A DNA stretch of 33,628 nt from Trueperaceae bacterium (GTDB lineage Bacteria > Deinococcota > Deinococci > Deinococcales > Trueperaceae), in NCBI GenBank assembly GCA_040905465.1, contig JBBDRK010000057.1, positions 57,780-91,407 on the forward strand. Reading direction: 5' to 3'. Below are positions 10,359 through 18,015 of the stretch, in pieces; position 1 is the first letter of the stretch, and every line of letters begins with the position of its first letter. The position numbers and the translations under genes were made by a program. The notes below the pieces were generated by a model that saw nothing but the letters and a program-made list of their open reading frames with translations, did not search any database and was not told where the DNA came from.

Positions 10359-11900
10359 TCACGCAACGCGCGCCGAAGCCGTCAGCTCCCTCTTAAGGCG
10401 CCAGAGCGCCGCTGACAGCGATACATGATAGATGTGCGGGTTCAGCAACCGCAAGACGCCCAGATCCAGCAGTGCCTCATCGGCGGCACGTCGCTTCCGC
10501 AAGTCGGCCAGCGACTCACGCTCAGACGTCCTCCTGCCCTCCACCCAGACGTCCTCGAGCAGAGGTTCGATACGGCTGACGCGCTCCGCCGGCAACAGGC
10601 GGTTCCGGTCCGGTTCTCCCGGGTGGTACAGCCTCACGGGCTCCCCGGCTGTCAACTCCTCCCCCTTTTGCGCGACCACGTCGGCCGTGGCCATTCCCCG
10701 CTCGTCGTATATCCGGTAGAGGGATTTTTCGCCTGGGTTCGTCACCTTTCCCGGGCTATCGGACAGTTTCATCGCCGGCCGCCACGTTGCTCCGTCACTG
10801 ACCGCCACGAGCTTGAAAACGCCGTCCAGCGCCGGCGCGCCCCCACTCACGATCAGTTGCGTTCCCACGCCGTATCTCAGCCTTGCAGCCAACCGCCCGG
10901 GCTCCACGCCGTACTCCCCTGCTTCCTCGTCGATCTGGGTGAGCACCTGCCAGATCGTCAACTCGTCGAGCTGATTCGAGAGCGTGATGCTGGCGTTCCC
11001 GAACCCTGCCCGATCCAGCTCACGGGCACAGAGGATCGCCAGGTACGCCAGATCCCCCGAGTCCAGACGGATGCCGACGGGCTCGTGTCCACGGGTGCGC
11101 AGCTCCTCGAACACCTCGATGGCGTTGGGCAGTCCGCTAGTCAGGGTATCGACGGTATCGACAAGCAGCAGACAGTTATCCGGATACGTTTCGGCATATG
11201 CCCGGAAGGCATCGATCTCGCTGCCACCGGCCGCGATGAACGCCTGAACCATACTGTGCGCGTGAGTGCCAACTGGAGGCACTCCGACGGACAACGAAGC
11301 GCCGGTGTTGGAACTGGCGTCCACGCCACCGATCATGGCGGCGCGAGCCGCAACGTTCACGCCGCTACCCTGACCGCGGCGCATACCCATTTCGAAGACG
11401 GGTGCGCCGCGGGCGGCGCGCTTGAGGCGCGATGCCTTGGTGGCTACCAGCGTGGGAAAGTTCAGCTTGTTCAGCAGGGCCGTCTCCAGGAGTTGCACCT
11501 GCGCCAGGGGTCCCTGCGCCACGACCAACGGTGTCCCGGGATGCACGACCCGACCCTCCCGAACCGCTGTCAACGTCAGTGCGTCGAACCCGCCGGACGT
11601 GCGTAGCCAGGTCAGAAAGTCGTCGCCGAACAGCCTGTCGCCGCCACCGGTACGCAACTCGCGCAGCGCCGCAACCTCTTCATCGCTCACCCGTACCTCA
11701 GCGACGAAGTCGAGCAGCTCGGCGAGTCCGGCGAAAACGCAGTAGCCGGCCTGATGTCCCCCGTAATCGGGCGTCTCGCGGAAGAAATACTCGAACTGAG
11801 CCGGAGTGTCGTGCATTCCACGCCGGAAGTAGAGCTGGGCCATGGTGAGCTGGTACAGATCGGTGAAGAGAATACTTTCGGTCATTCCGCCCCTGCTCAT
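10359..11900 (-). CDS. pncB: Nicotinate phosphoribosyltransferase
   Basis: 'LFTDLYQLTM', 'QLLETALLN', 'GTHAHS', 'LLVDT.DT', 'IRLDSGDL', 'GVGT', 'K.T.PG.K'. SD GGAGG precedes ATG 11900. Confidence 0.93.
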   Translation of the reverse strand: MSRGGMTESILFTDLYQLTMAQLYFRRGMHDTPAQFEYFFRETPDYGGHQAGYCVFAGLAELLDFVAEVRVSDEEVAALRELRTGGGDRLFGDDFLTWLRTSGGFDALTLTAVREGRVVHPGTPLVVAQGPLAQVQLLETALLNKLNFPTLVATKASRLKRAARGAPVFEMGMRRGQGSGVNVAARAAMIGGVDASSNTGASLSVGVPPVGTHAHSMVQAFIAAGGSEIDAFRAYAETYPDNCLLLVDTVDTLTSGLPNAIEVFEELRTRGHEPVGIRLDSGDLAYLAILCARELDRAGFGNASITLSNQLDELTIWQVLTQIDEEAGEYGVEPGRLAARLRYGVGTQLIVSGGAPALDGVFKLVAVSDGATWRPAMKLSDSPGKVTNPGEKSLYRIYDERGMATADVVAQKGEELTAGEPVRLYHPGEPDRNRLLPAERVSRIEPLLEDVWVEGRRTSERESLADLRKRRAADEALLDLGVLRLLNPHIYHVSLSAALWRLKRELTASARVA

Positions 11901-11980
11901 TTTCGCCTCCCGCCCAAAGTAGTGTAGCTTGAGTCGATGGCGCCCCCGCTGCTGAGCCGGCACCGCCGGATAGGAGAGCA

Positions 11981-12829
11981 ATGCCGCGACGAGTCCACGA
12001 TGTCCATCCCCGGCTGTGGATCGAGCCGGAGTCGCTGGCCGGTCGCCTCGTCACCTTCCTTGTCGATGTGGTGAGCAGGCGCTACGGCTACGACAAGGTC
12101 GTGCTGGGCCTGTCCGGAGGCGCCGACAGCGCGGTGGTTGCCTATCTTGCGGCCCGGGCTTTCGGTCCCGAGAACGTCATAGCACTCCGGATGCCCTACC
12201 GAGATCTCGGAATCCGTGCCCACGAGCACGCTCAGTTGGTGATCGACGCGCTCGGCCTGCCGAGCGAAGCTGTCGACATCGGCAACATCGTCGACGCCTA
12301 CGCCGATGCTCAGCCCGGCATGGACTGGCACCGGCGCGGCAACGTGCAGGCGCGGGCGCGGATGATGGTGCTCTTCGACAAGATGGTAGAGCACTCCGCT
12401 CTGCCCATCGGAACCGGCAACCGCAGCGAAATTCTCTTCGGCTACTTCACCCAGCATGGCGACGACTCGCCCCAGGTCAACCCTATCGGGGATCTCTACA
12501 AGACCCAGGTTTGGCAACTGGCCGCCTACCTGCAGATACCGCAGGAGATCATCGACAAGGATCCGAGCGCGGGGCTCGAGCCGGGGCAGACTGACGAAGC
12601 GGACTTCGGCCTTCCGTACCGGACGGTCGACCTGGTCCTGACGCACCTCGAGGGCGGATTCGACGACAGCGACATCAGGAATCTGGGCGTAGCGCAAGAG
12701 GCGATCGACGAGGTAAGACGGCGGGTGCTAAGCACGCACCGCAAGCGCGTGCCCACGCTGATTCCCCAGGTTCAGCCCGCGGCTGCCGACCCGACCCTGT
12801 TCTTGCGCTCCAGCAGCGAGCGCAAGTAG
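11981..12829 (+). CDS. nadE: NH3-dependent NAD+ synthetase
   Basis: 'VVLGLSGGADS', 'GNVQARARM', 'GTGNRSE', 'GYFTQHGD', 'NPIGDLYKTQV', 'PSAGL..GQTDE'. There is no glutaminase domain. Confidence 0.93.
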   Translation: MPRRVHDVHPRLWIEPESLAGRLVTFLVDVVSRRYGYDKVVLGLSGGADSAVVAYLAARAFGPENVIALRMPYRDLGIRAHEHAQLVIDALGLPSEAVDIGNIVDAYADAQPGMDWHRRGNVQARARMMVLFDKMVEHSALPIGTGNRSEILFGYFTQHGDDSPQVNPIGDLYKTQVWQLAAYLQIPQEIIDKDPSAGLEPGQTDEADFGLPYRTVDLVLTHLEGGFDDSDIRNLGVAQEAIDEVRRRVLSTHRKRVPTLIPQVQPAAADPTLFLRSSSERK

Positions 12830-12866
12830 TCACGCCGGGGTCGGAATCGGCCCCTGTCCATCAAAG

Positions 12867-13031
12867 CTAGCGAGCAGCTGGCACGCTCTTTCCAAACCGA
12901 CCAATGGCAATGACGGCGCTCCAGTGAGGACGATAGAGCCCAGCTTCCGCTGTCCGCAGGAGTGTGTCGCGCAGGGTCATGGGATAGAGAACGTTCGCGT
13001 CGAGAACGGCGACTGTGGGGGCAGCGTTCAC
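12867..13031 (-). pseudogene. Truncated PIN-domain (VapC-like) toxin
   Basis: Not in the ORF track. Translates as VNAAPTVAVLDANVLYPMTLRDTLLRTAEAGLYRPHWSAVIAIGRFGKSVPAAR*. The first 41 aa match the PIN N-terminus, then similarity is lost and a stop follows. Starts 11 bp after the HTH gene's stop. Confidence 0.8.
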
Positions 13032-13042
13032 TCGGATTCCCG

Positions 13043-13534
13043 CTAGCGGCGTTCCGCGTCGTACCCGCCAAACTCCTCGGTCAACTGCGTCAGCTCATCG
13101 AGTTGGCGCCTGCGCTTCGCGTCCCGCTTCGCCTTGAAGTCCAAGACGTCACGCACATACACCCGCCGGTGTGAGCCCACGTTATGCGACGGAATGCGAT
13201 CCTCGTTGAGCATTCGCGAGAAGTACTGTCGAGAAACGTTGAGAAGGTTCGCCGCCTCCCGGGTACTCAGCTCCTTCCCTGTCCCCACGACACTCACCTT
13301 GTCTTCCTCCACCAACCGACAAATGATGACTTCAAGCAAGGAGGATACTGAGTCAGGCAAGGCGACCGATCGGCCGCTGGGCGCAGTGATCTTGAGGGTG
13401 CCTTTCGAGGCGCGTGCTTCACGGTGCATGTCCTCAATGGTCCTGAAAAGGTCCATCAGTTCGGCGGGGCCCTCTACGCCACGAGAAATCACCACGGTTT
13501 CGTCTCCCTGTCTCGGTTGCAACCTTCGCGCCAT
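13043..13534 (-). CDS. Excisionase-like HTH DNA-binding protein (antitoxin partner of the PIN toxin)
   Basis: 'ELSTREAANLLNVSRQYFSRMLNEDRIPSHNVGSHRRV...DVLDFK', followed by 'RRRQLDELTQLTEE'. This family is commonly paired with a downstream PIN gene. Confidence 0.85.
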   Translation of the reverse strand: MARRLQPRQGDETVVISRGVEGPAELMDLFRTIEDMHREARASKGTLKITAPSGRSVALPDSVSSLLEVIICRLVEEDKVSVVGTGKELSTREAANLLNVSRQYFSRMLNEDRIPSHNVGSHRRVYVRDVLDFKAKRDAKRRRQLDELTQLTEEFGGYDAERR

Positions 13535-13686
13535 CGCACACCTCTACTCCAAGACTACAGCACAAGTGTTATAGGTGCAACCGTAGATGGCGTAATAGAA
13601 ACCTTAGGCTAACTCTAACTGCCGTTCGTCATGGCTAACCCGGACCCCTCTTATGCAAGGCCTCCCCCCGAGCGGGGATACGGGTG

Positions 13687-13915
13687 CGGATCAAGCACGC
13701 CAAGGAGCAGCTCGAGAGGGATTCCAGCGAGCGGGCAGAACGGGTGCAGCAGCAGCGGCGTGAACAAGCCAGGCGGTCCTCCCGGCTCCTGAGGTGCTCC
13801 GGTGGGCTCATTCCGTCATCGTCAGGCCCGAACTCCTCGTCCTCATGGGCGTCCACCTCATCGCACGACCTCAGGTACTCTTCGATCTCCTCCCGCAGGC
13901 GTCGCTCAAGATCTA
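13687..13915 (-). mobile_element. IS1182-family-like transposase remnant with an internal inversion
   Basis: Minus strand reads 'ERRLREEIEEYLRSCDEVDAHEDEEFGPDDDGMSPPEHLRSREDRLA'. The expected continuation 'RIKHAKEQLERDSSERAERVQQQRRE' is on the plus strand at 13687-13766. Confidence 0.65.
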
Positions 13916-14080
13916 CCGTTATGGCGCCAGAACCGAACAAAACCCGGCACTCGCATAGCCGCGCCAGAGCCTCGATCACTCTCAAGGGAGAAAAGACGGC
14001 CATGACCGCAAAATCCCAGGCACTCAAGACAGCCAGCGCACCAATACCAACGAGAGGTAGTCACACAGGCTGCTAGGGGG

Positions 14081-14800
14081 TCATTCCCGGCTCAACGAGG
14101 CGATGTCCGAACGCGTTGCGATCCCGAGCAGAGCCTCATCCTGACGACCGCTCTGAGTCACCAGTGCCGCTTCGAGCTCCGGATTCTCCTGGAAGGCGTA
14201 CGCTACCTCCTCCACCGGCAATGCGCGTGGCACGAACGTCCAGTTCGGGCGTTCCTCCTCCCTTTCTAGGAGCTCGCCGACCGTGTGACTGTCGAACTCC
14301 ACGAGCGGAAGTTGCTGGACGCGCTGGGCCAGCCAGCGGGTAACACCGTTGCTGGTGATTAGCCCGACGAAGGCGTCGTGGTCGTACACCGGGAACTGCG
14401 TGAAGTCGTTGTCGGCAACCTTCGCCAGCAACTCCTCCAGCGAGGTCGACACCTCTACCGTCGTGACCTCGGATCGCCGGAACTCCTCGAAAGCCGTGCG
14501 CGGCTCGAGCAATCGGTCCCTGACGGAATGGATCTCGTCCAGCACTTCTTCGCTGGGCACGGAGAGGTAAGCGAAGCGTTTGTAGCGTTCGTGCACGATG
14601 ACATTCCTCAGGTCGGCGAACGCCATTACCGCTTCGAAATCGCGCTGCCAGCCTCGGCTCTCCTCGCGGTACCGGTGGGCAGCCTGCCTGAGGCTGTCGT
14701 GGCTCGCCAGGCCCGTTCTCCGCTTCAACTCGGCCTCGATCGTGTTGAAGGCGTTGAGGAAGTCCTCGGCCCGGTTACGCTCCCGTTCGACCAGGTTCAT
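14081..14800 (-). CDS. HEPN-like N-terminal domain fused to a CBS pair
   Basis: N-terminal 'FNTIEAELKR' and 'DLRNVIVH' (R65-H70). C-terminal CBS motifs 'FTQFPVYDHDAFVGLITS' and 'ALVTQSG...LLGIATRSDI'. SD GAGGTG. Confidence 0.75.
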   Translation of the reverse strand: MNLVERERNRAEDFLNAFNTIEAELKRRTGLASHDSLRQAAHRYREESRGWQRDFEAVMAFADLRNVIVHERYKRFAYLSVPSEEVLDEIHSVRDRLLEPRTAFEEFRRSEVTTVEVSTSLEELLAKVADNDFTQFPVYDHDAFVGLITSNGVTRWLAQRVQQLPLVEFDSHTVGELLEREEERPNWTFVPRALPVEEVAYAFQENPELEAALVTQSGRQDEALLGIATRSDIASLSRE

Positions 14801-14877
14801 TGGCAGATCACCTCACAGCCGATGCGTCACCCCATGTCATGCGGGAAGGACCGCACCCTTCCGGATTCGCGTCCTGA

Positions 14878-15588
14878 TCATCTCCGCTTGACGCAGAAAT
14901 ACTTGGCGTAAGCCTGCCAATCTCCGTATGACGCATCTTCGATGTCGAATCCAACCCTGTCCAACATCGCCTCGAAGAGCCAGGTATACGTGATGTACTC
15001 CTCACGGACGTCGTGCTCGAAGAACTCGCGAGGGAAGCTGCCGGCCGGACGGCTATCGATCCATGCCTCGATCGCATCGTCAGCTTCGCCCGGCTCGAAC
15101 GAGAACAGAATGTCTCTGACGAATAGGACGCCGCCCGGCTTGATAACGTCGTGCATTCGTTGCAGGGCCCGCACCTTCCACAGGTCGGGCAGGTGGTGCA
15201 GAGTCCGCTGGGTGAAAACGAAGTCGGCAAGCTCGCCCGCGTGCCGGTAACTGAGGAAACCCTGCTGGACGTACTCGATGTTCGTCAGGCCGAGCTTTTC
15301 GGCCTTTCGCCTCGTCTGCGCCAGCATGGCTTCGGACACGTCCACGGCGATAACTCGCCTGCACAGATTCGCTGCTTCCAGAGCCAGCGCTCCGGTGCCG
15401 CAACCGAAGTCGACAACGACGTGCCGGTTCGATACGCCCAGCGCCAGCAACCGTTCACGTTCGACCTGGGGATCGACATTGGCCTTCTTATCGTACTCCT
15501 CGAGCTCGCCGGCTTCGGACCAACCGAAGTCCTGGAACTCGTCGAAGAGCCAGTTGGGCCGGCTGATTGATCTCGAGGATTGGCTCAT
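14878..15588 (-). CDS. Class I SAM-dependent methyltransferase
   Basis: Motif I 'VVDFGCGTG', 'IAVDVSEAML', 'TLHHLPD', 'IKPGGVLFVRD'. Confidence 0.9.
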   Translation of the reverse strand: MSQSSRSISRPNWLFDEFQDFGWSEAGELEEYDKKANVDPQVERERLLALGVSNRHVVVDFGCGTGALALEAANLCRRVIAVDVSEAMLAQTRRKAEKLGLTNIEYVQQGFLSYRHAGELADFVFTQRTLHHLPDLWKVRALQRMHDVIKPGGVLFVRDILFSFEPGEADDAIEAWIDSRPAGSFPREFFEHDVREEYITYTWLFEAMLDRVGFDIEDASYGDWQAYAKYFCVKRR

Positions 15589-15630
15589 TACCTCGATAGT
15601 ATTGCAGGAGCGATTGAATTCTTCATCAGT

Positions 15631-15963
15631 TTAACAAGAGAGGTCGAGCGAAATTCCGTCACCACCAGTTGCACTCGCACATCGAAGATCGTTCCTGAAA
15701 ATCACGGCAGAGACGTTCTGCGCACTGGCCGTGGTAATCAAATAGCTTGGGCGGTAGGAGGCACTGAACTCCCTTGCATGGGGAAGTAAGGTAGCGCCGA
15801 CACCTGGGCGCCGTTCGTCAGGGAACAGCGCATCGCCAGCATAGATTATCACCGACCCTTCGCCGTTGACTTCCAGTCGGAAGCTTTGTTCGGCCGATGA
15901 ACAGCTGGTCGCTAGTATCGCAACAGCAATAATGCAGGCCAGAATTGGGATGGGTTTCGACAC
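15631..15963 (-). CDS. Hypothetical lipoprotein
   Basis: Hydrophobic signal peptide ending in a lipobox-like 'LATSC'. SD GGAGGAG and a TAGAAT -10 lie upstream. The DNA is less GC-rich than the core genes. Confidence 0.6.
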   Translation of the reverse strand: MSKPIPILACIIAVAILATSCSSAEQSFRLEVNGEGSVIIYAGDALFPDERRPGVGATLLPHAREFSASYRPSYLITTASAQNVSAVIFRNDLRCASATGGDGISLDLSC

Positions 15964-16307
15964 ACGATCTCCTCCGGCTACCCACCGTAATTCTAACCGC
16001 CAGAACCAGGCCAGAACGGGCGGCTAGTTGCTGGATTTCGACCGAGTCTGAGTACGAGACGACTCTGCGAACCAGTAGCCGAACAGATGGGGCAGGTCGA
16101 CTTATTTCGGCAAAAATTCTGCCGCACGTGAATACCAGAGTATGCTAGGGCCTGCTCGCTGACTCGCAAGAAGCCTGCTTGCGCGATCGCCTGCGCCGTT
16201 CCTTCGAAGCTAACGGTTGGTGCGCCCGTCTTCTGGTGGAAACTAACCGAACATGCGTACCAAGAGGGTCGCGAGCCCGGGCAATTACAAACCCTGAGGG
16301 AGACGAC

Positions 16308-16721
16308 ATGAATCAGTTTCTAATCGCCGCCGGCTTTTTTATCCTTGGCGGAATAGTCGGCTGGCTCGGCCATGAAAGATTCGGCGAACCAACAGTCGTC
16401 GATGTAATCAGTGAACTCGGCGGTCAGCTTGCCGCCGCGGACGTGGAGTTGTCAAAGGAACGACTCGAATCATATGTCAAGAACGTCTTTACCGCCTCCG
16501 CGGCGCACGATGCGGTTAATAGCACGGCTTCAGCATTCGACGCAGTAGACGCTGACTGCACAAGCGGATTTCAGGCGGGAGACTATGTCGCCGAACTTCC
16601 CGCCGGACTGCAATTGGCCTATTGCAGCGTGAACGTTCGACACACCGGCGACGGGCTTCACGACATTGCCGTTGACGCCATCAGCCTTCAGGGCGACAGC
16701 TACTCGCTAGGACTGCGCTGA
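16308..16721 (+). CDS. Membrane-anchored hypothetical protein with a pilin-like C-terminal domain
   Basis: SD GAGGGG before ATG 16308, one N-terminal TM helix, then 'ESYVKNVFTAS...DCTSGFQAGDY...AYCSV' with two cysteines. Confidence 0.6.
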   Translation: MNQFLIAAGFFILGGIVGWLGHERFGEPTVVDVISELGGQLAAADVELSKERLESYVKNVFTASAAHDAVNSTASAFDAVDADCTSGFQAGDYVAELPAGLQLAYCSVNVRHTGDGLHDIAVDAISLQGDSYSLGLR

Positions 16722-16893
16722 ATGACGAAGACCACGACTTGGCTATTGGCCCGAGAACAGCACGAAAGTTGGTCTCCGAGAGGAATTCGCTGACCGTCGC
16801 TTATGGAAGAGAACAGCTCAAGTCGGCTGTGAAGCCTATTGATATCTATAGGGGGTCAGACTGCGGGTCAGGCGCTGGGAGTGGCGGAAACCG

Positions 16894-16930
16894 AAAAGGC
16901 GAAGGGCGCCGGTTAGCGCGTCCCTCGCCT
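16894..16930 (-). terminator. Probable intrinsic terminator of the tRNA operon
   Basis: Imperfect GC-rich hairpin followed by TTTT on the minus strand, starting 9 bp after the tRNA-Thr CCA. Confidence 0.55.
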
Positions 16931-16939
16931 CGTTTCACC

Positions 16940-17014
16940 TGGAGCCAACGGTCGGAATTGAACCGACGACCTGCCGATTACGAATCGGCTGCTCTACCGC
17001 TGAGCTACGTTGGC
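16940..17014 (-). tRNA. tRNA-Thr(CGT)
   Basis: GCCAACGTAGCTCAGCGGTAGAGCAGCCGATTCGTAATCGGCAGGTCGTCGGTTCAATTCCGACCGTTGGCTCCA: cloverleaf, anticodon CGT, encoded CCA. Confidence 0.97.
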
Positions 17015-17066
17015 GTGCCGTCACCACGGCGCCACGCCGAGTTCGCGGGGCGCCGTGGTGAGTTGG

Positions 17067-17142
17067 TGGTGGCCAGAGGCGGGATCGAACCGCCGACACT
17101 ACGATTTTCAGTCGTATGCTCTACCTACTGAGCTATCTGGCC
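17067..17142 (-). tRNA. tRNA-Phe(GAA)
   Basis: GGCCAGATAGCTCAG...CGACTGAAAATCG...GGTTCGATCCCGCCTCTGGCCACCA. Confidence 0.97.
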
Positions 17143-17176
17143 TCGAAAGGGACCTCGCGGGCGAGACCCCTCTTTG

Positions 17177-17253
<77 letters not shown>

Positions 17254-17312
17254 ACGTTGGAACCCCGGAAGGCGAAATCGTGCCCCGAAATCCAAGCCAC
17301 AGGGCGAAGGGC

Positions 17313-17341
17313 ATGATACCCGACCGTCTGGGCACTGTCAA
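17313..17341 (-). promoter_or_regulatory. Sigma70-type promoter of the tRNA Asp-Phe-Thr operon
   Basis: TTGACA (17341-17336), 17-bp spacer, TATCAT (17318-17313). Confidence 0.8.
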
Positions 17342-17359
17342 CGGCTCACGGACGCGGAG

Positions 17360-17917
17360 TCAGAGGCCGGAAGGCGGTACAGCACGGCGAAACTGCGCAA
17401 TGGCTCCGACCACTGCCAGCACCAGCACGACGATCAGCAGCAGCGGTTCCACGGTGTCGAACCGTGGTCCCCGCGGTGCCGTCATGCCCACCAGCGCCGC
17501 CGCCGAGATAGTGGTTACCCATGCCCCGCTGAGGGCAGTGAGAGTGACGATCAGGATGCGCTGGAACACCACTGCCAGGACACCGATGACCAATCCTCCC
17601 AGGAGCGGCAGGAGCAGCGTCGCGCTGGCGGCATCCAGGATCGAATAGCCGATGCCAGCACCCCACAGGAACACGACCGCCCAGAATGCGAGCCAGGCCA
17701 GGAGACCTAGCACCACGGCCGCCACCAACGCCGCGCTCAGCGCCATCCACGGCTCGACTGGCCTTCCGGTAAGGCCGGTGAGCATGGCTGGACCGTACGT
17801 CCAGCCGACGGCGGCCCCGGCTAGAACTACCAGGATCCGGAATAGCGGATAGCCGAAGAATAGCTGCAGCAGGCCGAACGCGAGCAGTACGAGCAGCTGC
17901 AGTGTGCTGGTGTCCAA
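17360..17917 (-). CDS. Integral membrane protein (DUF4203-like)
   Basis: About six hydrophobic segments, 'FFGYPLFR', 'TALSGAW'. SD AGGAGG before TTG. Confidence 0.7.
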   Translation of the reverse strand: MDTSTLQLLVLLAFGLLQLFFGYPLFRILVVLAGAAVGWTYGPAMLTGLTGRPVEPWMALSAALVAAVVLGLLAWLAFWAVVFLWGAGIGYSILDAASATLLLPLLGGLVIGVLAVVFQRILIVTLTALSGAWVTTISAAALVGMTAPRGPRFDTVEPLLLIVVLVLAVVGAIAQFRRAVPPSGL

Positions 17918-18015
17918 GCGAAACCTCCTGGTAGATGAAGTGCCGGCGCATACTTCCGCTTGTTACTCCGTGCCGTCGATCGACAGCACGATCGTCTATC
18001 GGTATCCGACGCTAC

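Noticed and set aside
11919-11938. Possible NrtR/NiaR operator in the pncB-nadE spacer
   Set aside because: Only a half-site-like TAGTGT with no convincing palindrome.
12839-12847. GGTCGGAAT shared with the tRNA-Thr 3' region (16950-16958) as a possible att duplication
   Set aside because: Only 9 bp, and it does not include the tRNA terminus. Too short to distinguish from chance.
16739-16870. 'EQLKSAVKPID' as a possible integrase C-terminal tail
   Set aside because: No catalytic motif is visible, so it is not supportable without a search. The ORF also runs antisense through the tRNAs.
17021-17061. 13-bp hairpin between tRNA-Phe and tRNA-Thr
   Set aside because: An ordinary spacer stem in a tRNA operon, with no evidence of a separate RNA.
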